Positions 1-10,080 of a stretch of 64,000 nt of DNA are shown one piece after another. Position 1 is the stretch's first letter. The number at the start of each line of letters is the position of its first letter. Source of the DNA: Gemmatimonadota bacterium (GTDB lineage: Bacteria; ARS69). The stretch covers positions 70,891 through 134,890 of the forward strand of contig JASLLL010000004.1 in assembly GCA_030747075.1 (NCBI GenBank), given 5' to 3'. The notes below the pieces were generated by a model. The model did no database searches and was not told the origin of the DNA. It worked only from the letters and a program-made list of their open reading frames with translations. The position numbers and the translations under genes were made by a program.

Positions 1-161
1 ACCTGGAGAGCTTCCTGGCCGTTCCGGTTTCGGCGGGAGATCACGAGGTTTCGTTGTCCTGGACGCCTCCGGGGTTTGTGGCGCTGTTGGTGGTGTCGGG
101 TGTGGGGCTGGCGTTGGCGGCACTCTTCGCGGGACTCGGAGTGAGGCGCGCGCACGGGTGA
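1..161 (+). CDS. 3' end of a membrane protein, YfhO-like (partial, runs off window start)
   Basis: Frame from nt 3 reads LESFLAVPVSAGDHEVSLSWTPPG plus a terminal TM helix, stop TGA 159-161; resembles the YfhO C-terminal 'AVPxGxHxVxLxYxPP' pattern. Confidence 0.6.
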   Translation, partial: LESFLAVPVSAGDHEVSLSWTPPGFVALLVVSGVGLALAALFAGLGVRRAHG

Positions 162-216
162 TGGCGCTCGACAGGGGCGGGCTTGATGTCGGCCGGAGGG
201 CCGGAGAGGAGTCGAA

Positions 217-975
217 GTGGCTGATCGCGATCGAGTGATTGAGTTTCTGAATCAGACGCTGGGAGCCGGGTCCATCTCGGACTACGCGCCTCAGGGGCTC
301 CAGGTGGAGGGCCGTGCGGAAGTTCGGAGGGTGGCGGTAGGGGTGACGGCGTCGGTGGAGTTGTTTCGTCGCGCCGTGGACGAAGGCGCGGATCTGCTGC
401 TGGTTCACCACGGGATGTTCTGGGACTCCGACCCGCGCGTGGTGAAGGGGGGGCTCCGCGAACGGTTGCGGATCCTCATCGAGCACGAAGTCACACTGCT
501 CGGCTATCATCTCGTGCTGGATGCACACGACGAGCACGGCAACAACGCAATCATCGCACGCGAACTGGAACTGACGGATGTAGAGCCCTTTGGCGAATAC
601 AACGGGGTGAAGATTGGGCGAAAGGGCCGGTTCCCGGAGCCGATCTCCCGGGCCGACTTCCTGAAGAAGGCGGCAGCCGTGTTCGGCGCGGAACCGTTGG
701 CCTTTCCCTTCGGACCGGATCCGATGGAGACGGTCGGCGTGGTCTCGGGTGGTGCGGTGAGGGAGTTTCAGCAGGCACTTGACGAGGGCCTGGACGCGTT
801 CATTACGGGCGAGGTGCAGGAGTTTGTGCAGGAGCGCGTCCGGGAAGAAAGTCTGACCTATGTGTCGGCGGGGCACTATCGGTCGGAGACCTTCGGAGTG
901 CGTTCGCTGGGGGCACTCCTGGAGAAGGAGTTTGGCCTTCCCTGGAGCTTCATCGATGTGCCAAACCCGGTGTAG
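217..975 (+). CDS. Nif3-like dinuclear metal centre hexameric protein (YbgI family)
   Basis: Motifs DYAPQGLQVEG, LLVHHG, YHLVLDAH, GHYRSE. Confidence 0.93.
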   Translation: MADRDRVIEFLNQTLGAGSISDYAPQGLQVEGRAEVRRVAVGVTASVELFRRAVDEGADLLLVHHGMFWDSDPRVVKGGLRERLRILIEHEVTLLGYHLVLDAHDEHGNNAIIARELELTDVEPFGEYNGVKIGRKGRFPEPISRADFLKKAAAVFGAEPLAFPFGPDPMETVGVVSGGAVREFQQALDEGLDAFITGEVQEFVQERVREESLTYVSAGHYRSETFGVRSLGALLEKEFGLPWSFIDVPNPV

Positions 976-1090
976 TGCGCATCAAGGCGGAGGAAACCGC
1001 ACGGGTCGTCATGCCGGGCGCCGGTTTCGCCGGGTGTCGGCGACAAACCTGACGAGGAATGCGACCAAAGGCTGAAGACTTCACGATTCC

Positions 1091-1777
1091 GTGCCGATGA
1101 GATGGGTGAGTGGACATCTCGACCCATCTCGGAGGCCCGTTGTGGACATCGTATTCTCACAGGATGACTTCCCGTACAGCAGCCAGGTCGAACCGCTGAT
1201 CAGACGGGTTACGAAACGCCTGGAAATGACCCGGAGCCTCTCCAGCGTCATGATCGATGTCGTGGATCTCGGGATGGTGCCGCGCCGGAACCCGGGCGAC
1301 TCCATCGAAGTGTACTCGACCGGGGGAGTTCGCCTGCACCTTCGCCTTGATCACTTTCTCAAGGAGAAGTACCGCGGGGACTGGCGTCGTCGCCGTGGTC
1401 GCCGTCGTCTTCCGGCCTGCGCTTTCGATACGAAGGGTACGCTGGAGGTTCTCTATCGCCTTCTGCTCCAGTGGCGGGATGTGAATGAGTGGGGCATCCC
1501 GGAGAATCAGGACGATGAGTTCCTCTGCCTGTGGAACGCTCATGTCGCCGGTCGACTGGAGCGATCCGGAGCGCCGGTCGCTTCCCGGTCGGCCCACTGG
1601 GCGGAGTTTCAGCGTCTCTTCAGCGGAAACGAACCCGTCTCCGACTATCGCGTGGCATTCGAAATCCTGTGGAAGTGCGATGATGTGGGGAAGTGGGGGA
1701 TCACGGACCTTCTCTACCGGATCCGGGAGAGCCGCTCTTACCGACCGCTCGTTGCCGAAAAGCAGAACGCCGCGTAA
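1091..1777 (+). CDS. Hypothetical protein, 228 aa
   Basis: Fills the gap between same-strand genes with protein-like composition; start uncertain (GTG 1091 or ATG 1097). Confidence 0.65.
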   Translation: MPMRWVSGHLDPSRRPVVDIVFSQDDFPYSSQVEPLIRRVTKRLEMTRSLSSVMIDVVDLGMVPRRNPGDSIEVYSTGGVRLHLRLDHFLKEKYRGDWRRRRGRRRLPACAFDTKGTLEVLYRLLLQWRDVNEWGIPENQDDEFLCLWNAHVAGRLERSGAPVASRSAHWAEFQRLFSGNEPVSDYRVAFEILWKCDDVGKWGITDLLYRIRESRSYRPLVAEKQNAA

Positions 1778-1873
1778 TCCTCGCGTCCCGCCTGTGTGTG
1801 CCCGACCGCTACCGTTCCGGTTCTTGCGGAGCCGTCGCTCTCCGCCTATCGTCCGGCCCGGGAGGGTATCCGT

Positions 1874-2725
1874 ATGAAGCGTCGCATCGTGATCTGCGCG
1901 CTGGGCCTGATCGGTTTCGCCTCGTCGGCGACCGGGGCCGGGTCCATTCCTCCGGAGCCCCGCTCGCCCTCCGCAGACGCCGGTCTCTCTCTTGCGGGTC
2001 GTTTCGCGGAAGTGGCCCGGGATCTTCTGGGGCTTCCCTATCACAACGGCCCCCTGGGGGAAGGCGCGTTCGGCGGTCCGGACCCCGACCCGCGCGTGGA
2101 CTGGGAGCGCGTGGACTGCGTGACCTATCTTGAGCAGTGTCTCGCACGGGCGCTCACCCCGCTGGACGCATCCCTGCTGCCGGTGCTGGACGCCATCCGT
2201 TATCGTGCGGGCGTCGTGGGTTTTGCGGAGCGCAACCACTTCATGGTCACCGACTGGCTCCCTGCGAACTCTTGGCTTGTGCGGGATGTGACGGCTCAGA
2301 GTGCGCCGGGAAAGACGCTCCGCATTCGTCGCACGATTGATCGCGCCGAGTTCCTTCGTGGGCACGGAGTGACGCCGTCCCCGGCGGACGCTCCGCGCGA
2401 AGCCACGATTGCGGTGATTCCCCGCCGGGATGCGGCGAAGGCGGAAGGGCGGCTCCGCACGGGCGACCTGGTGTTCTGGGTCGGGGATCGCGAAGGGATC
2501 TTCTCTCTCCATACGGGACTGGTGGCCCGGGGACTGTCCGGAGAGCTTCTCTTTCGTCATGCCTCCTCCCGTGCCGGGCAGGTGGTGGACGACTCCTTCC
2601 GCGACTATGCGGCCTCGGCGGAGTATGCTGTCGGCTTCCTGGTACTTCGCCCCCGGGCGGATGCGCGCGTTCCGCTGTCCGCGCAACCCTCCCCGGCCGA
2701 TGGATCCTCCGGAGGGAACCCGTGA
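1874..2725 (+). CDS. Secreted DUF1460 N-acetylmuramoyl-L-alanine amidase-like protein (NlpC/P60 superfamily)
   Basis: Signal peptide; RVDCVTYLEQ (catalytic Cys), HFMVTDW, HTGLV, HASS; GGAGG RBS before ATG 1874. Confidence 0.85.
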   Translation: MKRRIVICALGLIGFASSATGAGSIPPEPRSPSADAGLSLAGRFAEVARDLLGLPYHNGPLGEGAFGGPDPDPRVDWERVDCVTYLEQCLARALTPLDASLLPVLDAIRYRAGVVGFAERNHFMVTDWLPANSWLVRDVTAQSAPGKTLRIRRTIDRAEFLRGHGVTPSPADAPREATIAVIPRRDAAKAEGRLRTGDLVFWVGDREGIFSLHTGLVARGLSGELLFRHASSRAGQVVDDSFRDYAASAEYAVGFLVLRPRADARVPLSAQPSPADGSSGGNP

Positions 2726-4032
2726 CCGAGCGACTGATTCTCTTTGAGGACGAACGCGGTGCCGCATTCGAACCCGTGGCGCTGACGCGTTCGGTGGCAA
2801 GCTTGCGCAGCGGCGCACTGACGGCGAGGGAGCGCGCGGCAAGCCGGGTTCCCGGGCTGGAGGCGGGGCTTCTCTGTCGCGGGGCGCTCGCGGCCACGGA
2901 GTCCGCGTCCGGGGTCTGGGGCTGTGTGAATGGAAACGGCGCGGGGGCGGCCTTCTTCCTGTCCGCCGCAGGTGCGCTTTCGCCGGACCTTGCATCGCTT
3001 CCAACTCCCGCGCCGGGAGAGGCGCTGCTTGCGGATGGTCGATTCATCGCCGCGCGTGCGGACGCGGACGCAGCTGCGCGGATCGTCTCCCGCATCCGGG
3101 AGATCCTGGGAGACGGGCTTTCCCCCGACCCGGTCGGTCCTGACTGGGGTCGCATTCTGGAAGAGTGCGGACTGAGTGTTTCCGATTTCCCCTTGTCCAT
3201 CCCGTCTCACGCGGCGGATCTCATGGCGAACGCGCCCCGGATGCTGGCGGAGGAGTTTGCCGCGCCGGAGAAGAGCGCGCCCCCCGTCGACCCGGTGGAT
3301 TTCCCGGGCGTGTCGTTCGTGCGTCCGGAGAGGGTTCGCCTTGCCGAAGGCGTGACGCTGGCGCCGGGCGTCGTGGTGGATGCGACGGACGGTCCGGTTT
3401 CGCTGGGTCCGGGCACTCGTGTCGGCGCGAATGCGGTGCTGACGGGTCCGGTCGGGATTGGTGCGGGGAGTGTCGTCAATCCGGCAGCGCGTCTCTTGCA
3501 CGGGGTGGCGACCGGCCCGGCCTGCAAACTGGGCGGCGAAGTGGAGCAGTCCGTTCTTCTCGGGTACTCCAACAAGCAGCACGATGGTTTCCTCGGCCAT
3601 TCGTATCTGGGGTGCTGGGTCAATCTGGGCGCCGCCACCGACACGAGCGACCTCAAGAATGACTACGGGGCGGTGAAGATCACGCTGTGTGGATCGCGCG
3701 TGGACACCGGGAGTCGCCATGTGGGGAGTATCATCGGAGATCACTCGAAGACGGGCATCCACACGATGCTGAACACCGGGACGGTCCTTGGCGTCTCCGC
3801 AAATGTGTTCGGCGCGGGGTATCCGCCCACCGAGATACCGTCCTTCGTGTGGGGTGGCCCCGGAGACTGGGCGGACTATCGGGTGGACAAGGCGCTTCAG
3901 GTGGCGGCGGTCGTGACGGCGCGGCGGGGCATCTCTTTCGGCAAGCCCGACGAAGAACTTCTCCGCCGCGTGCGGGACGAGACCGCGACGCCGCGAAAAG
4001 CCTGGCTGGAAGGCCGCGCACGGGAGGAATAA
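2722..4032 (+). CDS. GlmU-like putative sugar nucleotidyltransferase with hexapeptide (LbH) C-terminal domain
   Basis: LFED...FEPVALTRSVASLRSG N-terminus; hexapeptide repeats; CKLGGEVE, NKQHDGFLGHSYLG, NLGAAT; GTGA overlap with upstream gene. Confidence 0.85.
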   Translation: MTERLILFEDERGAAFEPVALTRSVASLRSGALTARERAASRVPGLEAGLLCRGALAATESASGVWGCVNGNGAGAAFFLSAAGALSPDLASLPTPAPGEALLADGRFIAARADADAAARIVSRIREILGDGLSPDPVGPDWGRILEECGLSVSDFPLSIPSHAADLMANAPRMLAEEFAAPEKSAPPVDPVDFPGVSFVRPERVRLAEGVTLAPGVVVDATDGPVSLGPGTRVGANAVLTGPVGIGAGSVVNPAARLLHGVATGPACKLGGEVEQSVLLGYSNKQHDGFLGHSYLGCWVNLGAATDTSDLKNDYGAVKITLCGSRVDTGSRHVGSIIGDHSKTGIHTMLNTGTVLGVSANVFGAGYPPTEIPSFVWGGPGDWADYRVDKALQVAAVVTARRGISFGKPDEELLRRVRDETATPRKAWLEGRAREE

Positions 4033-4068
4033 CGCACCCTCGTCGCCTTCGCATTCCCGGGTTGCGCG

Positions 4069-4077
4069 TGGTATAAT
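4069..4077 (+). promoter_or_regulatory. Extended -10 sigma70 promoter (TGgTATAAT) upstream of the choice-of-anchor-B genes
   Basis: Perfect TATAAT at 4072-4077 preceded by TG. Confidence 0.7.
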
Positions 4078-4178
4078 GAGCGGGTGCGGATTCGTCCCGG
4101 CCACCTCCTTTCCCCCCCAGGCTTCCGGATCCATTCATCCCGGCGGTTTCACCCATCTTTCCGGAGACGCTCTTCCAG

Positions 4179-6599
4179 ATGACGAACTTCACTTCCCGGG
4201 CCACCGGCCCGTTGTGTGCCCTTGTGCTGTTGTGCGCCGCAATCCTGCCCGCCGCAGCCGCGAACTTTGACTCCATGGTGCTTCTCTCCCGCCTCGACGA
4301 CTACTCCGCCTACAACGATGTGTGGGGGTTTGTGGGGAATGACGGGCGTGAGTACATGATCCAGGGACTGACGACCGGCACGGCCTGGTGGGACATTGAG
4401 GACCCGGTTCATCCGGTATTCGTGAGGATGATCGGCGGTCCCAGCAGCACCTGGCGTGACATGTTCGTCATTGGAGACCACTGCTACATCAGTACCGAGG
4501 GCGGGGGCGGCATCCAGATTGTGGACATCTCCGACCCGACGAATCCGACGCTCGTGAACACCTACACGGACACGGTCGGCAGCCTCCACAACATCTTCGG
4601 CGATCCCGCGCGGAATCTCATCTTCGGAATCGGCGGGTATTCGAACGGCGCAAATGGCGGGATTCAGATCTTTGACGTGACCGACCCCGTCAACATCGTG
4701 GAGATCAGCCAGTGGAACAACCGCTACCTCCACGACATTTCGCTGGAGGGAAACATCGTCCATGCCTGCCTGATCTACGAAGGCAAGCTTCGCCTCATCG
4801 ACATCTCGGACTCCACGAACCCTGTGAACCTGGGGTCGGCATTCAACGATCCGACCGGGGCGGTCCACGCATCATGGCCGGTGGGCGATGGCGTGCATGT
4901 TCTGATCGCGGAGGAGACTACCGGCGGGCATGTGAAGGCTCTGGATGTCAGCAACCCGTCGGCGATCACGCAGGTCGGCGTTCACAACCCGGCGCCGAGT
5001 GCCTCCATCCATAACATCCATGTGGAAGGGGATCTTGCGTATGCGGCCTGGTATGCACGCGGCGTGCGTGTGCTGGATGTGTCGGATCCGTCCAACCTGA
5101 CCGAAGTCGGATACTGGGACACTTTTCCGGAGACGGATGCCGGCGGCGTGGGTCCAGGAAACTGGGGCGTGTATCCGCACTTGCCCAGCGGCGTGATTGC
5201 GGCGAACGATCGCACCTACGGGATGTTCCTGTTGAGGTATGACCCGACCGCGGGAGTGATGGACGGCACCGTGTCATCCTCCGACGGCGGACCGGCCCCG
5301 GGCGCGACCGTGGAGTTCGCGGAACTGAACTTCACCGACACGACGGACGCCACAGGCACCTACACGATCTCGTCCTTTGCCGGCGCAGGGAAGCAACTTG
5401 TGTTCGGCGGCTTCGGATTCTCGCCGGACACGATGGTGGTCACGGTTCCGCCGGGCGGAACCGTCACGACGGATGTGACGCTTGTGAAACTCCCGTGGGG
5501 GGGCGTCTCCGGGCGCGTCACGAATGCCGGAACCGGTCTGGGCATCGAGGCTGCGGAGGTGTCCCTTCTTGGGACGCCGCTGCTCACGGAAACAGACGCG
5601 GCGGGAGACTACTCCTTCCCGGATGTTCCGGAGGGAGCGTACGCGGTCGAAGCTCGGCGCTACGGATTCGTTCCGTCGACCGGGCTCTCCACGACGATTG
5701 TCGCCGGGAGCGTCGCCTCTCTGGACGCGACTCTTGAGCCTGCGCCGGTCTTCGAGGACTTCTCCGTGGCATCGGGATGGACCGTGCAGAATGACGCGGC
5801 GACGACCACCGGATTCTGGGTCTTTGAGGAACCGTTCGGCACCTACCAGAGCGGTGTCCCCTTCCAGACGGAGACGGACCATACGCTGGATCCGGAGAAC
5901 AAGTGTGCCGTCACCGGGAACGAGGCCACTGGTTCGCTCGGCGCGGACGATGTAGACGGCGGCGCGACGAAGCTTCTCTCGCCGGCCTATGACCTGTCCG
6001 CCATGACGGAACCGCATGTGTTCTACTACCGGTGGTATGCGGTGAATGCGGAAGAGGACGAATGGACGGTGGAACTCACCCTCGACGGCGGGGCGAGTTG
6101 GGCCCTTCTTGAGAGCACGCCGCTGATGGAAGCGTACTGGAAGCCGGTCGATATTGACCTGACGGCGTTTGTCTCCGGCCCGGGCGCGGGCAGCGTGCAG
6201 TTTCGCTTCACGGCGCTGGATCCGGATCCCGGACAGCTTGTGGAAGCAGCCCTGGATGACTTCACGATCTACGATGCCTCTTCCAGCACCGGCATCCCGG
6301 ATCTTCCCCCGGCCCCGGCGATGGTCCCGGGGCTTGCGCAGAATGCGCCGAACCCATTTGCCGATGAGACGACGGTTCGGTTCTCGGTTGCTCGGGAAGG
6401 CCCGGTGGAACTCTCCGTCTTCGATGTTCGTGGTGCACGCGTTGCGGTTCTGGCCGACGGAGACTTCGCCGCCGGTTCGCACGAAGCGTCCTGGGATGGC
6501 CGCAGCACGGGGGGTCGTCGCGCGGCCTCCGGTGTCTACTACTACCGACTCACGACTCCGGGGTTTGTGACCACGAAGTCACTGGTTCTCTTGAAGTAA
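4179..6599 (+). CDS. Secreted choice-of-anchor B family protein (LVIVD propeller, 2 carboxypeptidase-regulatory-like domains, jelly-roll domain, FlgD-like CTD)
   Basis: Signal peptide, YNDVWG, LVIVD repeats, NAPNPF...SWDGR...SGVYYYRL C-terminus. Confidence 0.88.
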   Translation: MTNFTSRATGPLCALVLLCAAILPAAAANFDSMVLLSRLDDYSAYNDVWGFVGNDGREYMIQGLTTGTAWWDIEDPVHPVFVRMIGGPSSTWRDMFVIGDHCYISTEGGGGIQIVDISDPTNPTLVNTYTDTVGSLHNIFGDPARNLIFGIGGYSNGANGGIQIFDVTDPVNIVEISQWNNRYLHDISLEGNIVHACLIYEGKLRLIDISDSTNPVNLGSAFNDPTGAVHASWPVGDGVHVLIAEETTGGHVKALDVSNPSAITQVGVHNPAPSASIHNIHVEGDLAYAAWYARGVRVLDVSDPSNLTEVGYWDTFPETDAGGVGPGNWGVYPHLPSGVIAANDRTYGMFLLRYDPTAGVMDGTVSSSDGGPAPGATVEFAELNFTDTTDATGTYTISSFAGAGKQLVFGGFGFSPDTMVVTVPPGGTVTTDVTLVKLPWGGVSGRVTNAGTGLGIEAAEVSLLGTPLLTETDAAGDYSFPDVPEGAYAVEARRYGFVPSTGLSTTIVAGSVASLDATLEPAPVFEDFSVASGWTVQNDAATTTGFWVFEEPFGTYQSGVPFQTETDHTLDPENKCAVTGNEATGSLGADDVDGGATKLLSPAYDLSAMTEPHVFYYRWYAVNAEEDEWTVELTLDGGASWALLESTPLMEAYWKPVDIDLTAFVSGPGAGSVQFRFTALDPDPGQLVEAALDDFTIYDASSSTGIPDLPPAPAMVPGLAQNAPNPFADETTVRFSVAREGPVELSVFDVRGARVAVLADGDFAAGSHEASWDGRSTGGRRAASGVYYYRLTTPGFVTTKSLVLLK

Positions 6600-6611
6600 T
6601 GGCCCAATCCT

Positions 6612-6638
6612 CGGGGGTGGCGATCTGTGCCATCCCCG
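6612..6638 (+). other. Intergenic GC hairpin between the two paralogs (possible mRNA stabiliser; no U-tract)
   Basis: CGGGGGTGGC-gatctgt-GCCATCCCCG. Confidence 0.4.
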
Positions 6639-6660
6639 AACTCCCCCCCCCGGAGGATTC

Positions 6661-9072
6661 ATGACCGCGACCCGTATTGCACTCTGGATCGCCTGCCTGG
6701 CCGCGCTGATCTTGATGCCGGCGAGCGCGATTGCCCAGCAGTCGAGCAATGTGATCCTGCACTCCCAGCTCGACGATTATGTTCAGTACAACGATGTCTG
6801 GGGTTACACCGCGCCGAACGGGGACGAGTACGCACTTCTGGGTACGACCACGGGTCTGTCCGTGGTGAATGTGACGGCCCCGGCATCTCCCTATGAGACC
6901 GGGTTCCTTCCGGGAGCCACCTCGACCTGGCGCGACATCAAGACTTATGGAAGCTATGCGTATGTCACGAACGAATCGTCCGGCGGGATGGCGATCGTGG
7001 ATCTTGCCGATCCGGAGAATCCTGTCCATGTGGGCACTTATGCGGGATTCAACACCGCACACAACCTCTACATCGATGAGGCGCGTGCGCTGTGCTTGAT
7101 TGCGGGCTCGAACCTTTCTTCGGGCGGCGTTCGCATACTGAGCCTCGCGAATCCGCTCTCCCCCGCACCGGTCGGCAACTGGGAGACGGAGTACTGCCAC
7201 GATGTGGTCTCTCTGGGGGACCGTCTGTACGCGAGCGCCATCTATGCGGCGCGGATTTATGTCGTGGACATTTCGGATCCGTCGTCGCCCTCCACGATTG
7301 CGTCGCAGGGCAACTATCCCAACGCATTCACGCACAACGCGTGGATGACGGCGGACAACAACTTCGTCATGACGACGGACGAAACCAACGGCGCGTCGTG
7401 CAGAATGTGGGATGTCTCCGCGCTGCCGACGATCACCCAGGCGTCCAGTTACCGTCCGAACCCGACCACGATTCCGCACAACGCACACATCGACGGGAAT
7501 CTGGCGATCATCTCTCACTACACCATTGGTGTGCGGATTGTAGACATTTCGGATCCGTACAACATCGCGGAGGCGGGGTACTACGACACCTTCCCGGAGA
7601 ACGACGGCGGGTCATTCGACGGTTGCTGGGGCGTGTTCCCGTTCTTCGGAAGCAACCCGAATCTCATGGCCGCCAGCGACATGTCGCACGGACTCCTGAT
7701 GCTGGAGTATGTGGCGAACGGCGGGCATGTTGCCGGGACAGTGACGCAGGCGGGAAGCCCGGGCACGCTCATCGAGGGAGCCCTGGTGGCCGTGCAGGAG
7801 ACGGGAGTCAGCACCACGACTTCCGTGGATGGCACCTACGAGATCTTCGACGCGGCCGGAAGCGTGAACCTCTCGGTGTCGGCGTTCGGGTATGTGAGTC
7901 AGGTTCTGCCGGTGACCATTGTGGCGGGGTCGGTGGTGACCGAAGATGTCGCGCTGGTTCCGGTCTCCTCCGGTTCCGTGTCCGGGATTGTGATGGATTC
8001 CGCCCTCTCCCCTCTCCCGGATGCGACAGTGGAGGTTCTCGGGACGCCACTCATCACCATGACCGACGGTTCCGGCGCGTATTCATTCCCCGTGGTCCCG
8101 GAGGGAATGCAGACGGTGCGTGCCTGGGCCTTCGGGTCGAATGCGATGGATGCGTCCGCGAATGTCGTCAATGGCGCGACGCTCACGCTGGACTTTGAGC
8201 TGGAGGACGCCCCGGTTGCGCTGGACTTTGAGGCCGGGGCAGCCGGATGGGGCGCCAGCAGTACGGCCAGCAAGGGAAAGTGGGCGCTCGGCAATCCGGA
8301 ACCGACCAACGGCGGCCAGACGCAAACGGGCGACGACCACACTCCCGCCCCCGGGGTGAATGCGTGGATCACGGGCCTTCTGGCCGGGATCAGCGTCGGC
8401 TGGGGCGATGTGGACGGTGGCGAGACGGTCCTCACTTCGGACACCTACTCTCTGGCTGGAATGCAGGATGTGCGCGTTCGCTATCACCGGTGGTATGTGT
8501 CCGGATACTCCACGAACCCGACCACCGACTTCTTCACGGCGGAAGTTTCGGCGGACGGAGGCGGCAGCTGGACGGTGGTGGAGAACACGGACCTGGCCAA
8601 CCCGTCGTGGGAAGTGGTGGACTTCGCGTTGGAGGACTTTGTGGCTCCGTCCGACCTGACGCGATTCCGCTTCACTGCGCGGGACACCGGGGACGGGTCC
8701 ATTACGGAGGCGGGGATTGACGACTTTACGATCTATCAGGTGACGGCGGCGCCTGCTACAGGAGTGGCGGTGCTTCCCGGTGAGGCGGTAGATCCCGATC
8801 TGGAGCCCGCATTTCCGAACCCGTTCCGGGCCGGGCAGAACACGACGCTCCGGTTCACCATGCCAGCGGACGGGCACCTGTCCGCAGGGGTCTACGATGT
8901 GGCAGGGCGTCGGGTTCGCCTCCTTCGGAACGGGGCCTCGGACGCGGGAGTGCACGCGCTTCGCTGGGATGGACGAACCGACGGCGGAGTTCCGGCACCG
9001 GCCGGGGTGTACTTCGTGCGAACGAAGACCGAATCGACGGAACGATCCCGAAAAGTACTCCTCTTGAGGTAG
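6661..9072 (+). CDS. Second choice-of-anchor B family protein, same architecture as 4179-6599
   Basis: Signal peptide, YNDVWG, LVIVD repeats, FPNPF...RWDGR...AGVYFVR; GGAGG RBS. Confidence 0.88.
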   Translation: MTATRIALWIACLAALILMPASAIAQQSSNVILHSQLDDYVQYNDVWGYTAPNGDEYALLGTTTGLSVVNVTAPASPYETGFLPGATSTWRDIKTYGSYAYVTNESSGGMAIVDLADPENPVHVGTYAGFNTAHNLYIDEARALCLIAGSNLSSGGVRILSLANPLSPAPVGNWETEYCHDVVSLGDRLYASAIYAARIYVVDISDPSSPSTIASQGNYPNAFTHNAWMTADNNFVMTTDETNGASCRMWDVSALPTITQASSYRPNPTTIPHNAHIDGNLAIISHYTIGVRIVDISDPYNIAEAGYYDTFPENDGGSFDGCWGVFPFFGSNPNLMAASDMSHGLLMLEYVANGGHVAGTVTQAGSPGTLIEGALVAVQETGVSTTTSVDGTYEIFDAAGSVNLSVSAFGYVSQVLPVTIVAGSVVTEDVALVPVSSGSVSGIVMDSALSPLPDATVEVLGTPLITMTDGSGAYSFPVVPEGMQTVRAWAFGSNAMDASANVVNGATLTLDFELEDAPVALDFEAGAAGWGASSTASKGKWALGNPEPTNGGQTQTGDDHTPAPGVNAWITGLLAGISVGWGDVDGGETVLTSDTYSLAGMQDVRVRYHRWYVSGYSTNPTTDFFTAEVSADGGGSWTVVENTDLANPSWEVVDFALEDFVAPSDLTRFRFTARDTGDGSITEAGIDDFTIYQVTAAPATGVAVLPGEAVDPDLEPAFPNPFRAGQNTTLRFTMPADGHLSAGVYDVAGRRVRLLRNGASDAGVHALRWDGRTDGGVPAPAGVYFVRTKTESTERSRKVLLLR

Positions 9073-9141
9073 ACTCTCCCGACGAGTCAACGGGTGGGGA
9101 CGGTCTCGTGCCGTTTTCACCCGGCCTTCCGGAGGACAGCC

Positions 9142-9969
9142 ATGACCATCACGCTGGCGGCGGTTGCCGCATTGCTGCTTGCGGTCTCCCCCGCCCTTTG
9201 CGCTCCCCGCGCACCCACGATCTTCCCGGAGGCGGCCCAGCCGGGAGAGTGGCTGCGCTTCGTCGTGTCCGGAACCGTCTACTCGGCGCCCTCGTTTCGG
9301 AGCACCGTGCGCGAAAGCCGGGAGGCCGGCACGCGCATGGTGGCGCTCGCGGAGGTTGAGGGCGACGGCGTCCTGTGGGTCCAACTCTCCAGGGTAGCCT
9401 TTGTCCCGGCGGCGTTTCTCGACCGGATGCCGACCGATACCGGGGGCGATCTTCCAGTCGGGAAGGAAGGCATGATCGCCGGGCGCGTGCTGCCGCCCAC
9501 TTATGAACCGACGGATCTTGTTCCTCTCGCGGATTCGCTCAAGGTCGCGGGAACCGAGAAGCGGAAGCTCCATCTCCGGCGCGGCGCGGCAGAGGCGTTT
9601 ACTCGAATGATCGCGGCGGCGGACAAGGACGGGATTGTGATCCGGATCTTCTCCGCGTGGAGAGGCGCCCGCCATCAGGCGTCGCTTTACGCGGCGGGCC
9701 TCCGGCGGGATCCCGCGCAGCGATCGGTCGCTGCGCCCGGGCGAAGCGAACACCACCTGGGGACGACGGTGGATGTGGCTACCCCGGGAATCCCGGTCCT
9801 GACGGACACACTCGCGGATGCTCCGGCCGGGCGCTGGATCGAGGCCCATGCGGCCGAATACGGGATCGTCGTGAGCTTCTCGCGGGAGCGTTCGGCGCAA
9901 AGAGGCATGGCTTTCGAGCCGTGGCATCTGCGCTGGATCGGCAATGAGACGGTCGAGGATCTCTGGTAA
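9142..9969 (+). CDS. Secreted M15B D-Ala-D-Ala carboxypeptidase (VanY-like)
   Basis: SAWR...Q, SEHHLGTTVD, EPWHLRW; GGAGG RBS before ATG 9142. Confidence 0.88.
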   Translation: MTITLAAVAALLLAVSPALCAPRAPTIFPEAAQPGEWLRFVVSGTVYSAPSFRSTVRESREAGTRMVALAEVEGDGVLWVQLSRVAFVPAAFLDRMPTDTGGDLPVGKEGMIAGRVLPPTYEPTDLVPLADSLKVAGTEKRKLHLRRGAAEAFTRMIAAADKDGIVIRIFSAWRGARHQASLYAAGLRRDPAQRSVAAPGRSEHHLGTTVDVATPGIPVLTDTLADAPAGRWIEAHAAEYGIVVSFSRERSAQRGMAFEPWHLRWIGNETVEDLW

Positions 9970-9998
9970 GTCCCAGCTACGCAGGCAGAGAGACCCGT

Positions 9999-10030
9999 GG
10001 CGGCGACCCTGATTGGGCCGCCGTTTTTTT
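9999..10030 (+). terminator. Rho-independent terminator
   Basis: GGCGG..CCC-tgatt-GGGCCGCC stem followed by 7 T. Confidence 0.8.
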
Positions 10031-10043
10031 GTGAAACAAGGGG

Positions 10044-10072
10044 TTGACGACCCTATGGGAACGGCATAAGAT
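10044..10072 (+). promoter_or_regulatory. sigma70 promoter of marR (TTGACG-17-TAAGAT), probably leaderless
   Basis: Near-consensus boxes with 17-bp spacer; ATG 8 nt downstream, no RBS; short inverted repeats TATG-N7-CATA and TCATA-N3-TATGA overlap it (possible MarR operator). Confidence 0.75.
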
Positions 10073-10080
10073 CATACCAT

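Noticed and set aside
6643-6651. C9 and G9 homopolymers (also 34274-34282) as phase-variation tracts
   Set aside because: Short for a GC-rich genome, non-coding and adjacent to RBS-type sequence; no evidence of length variation
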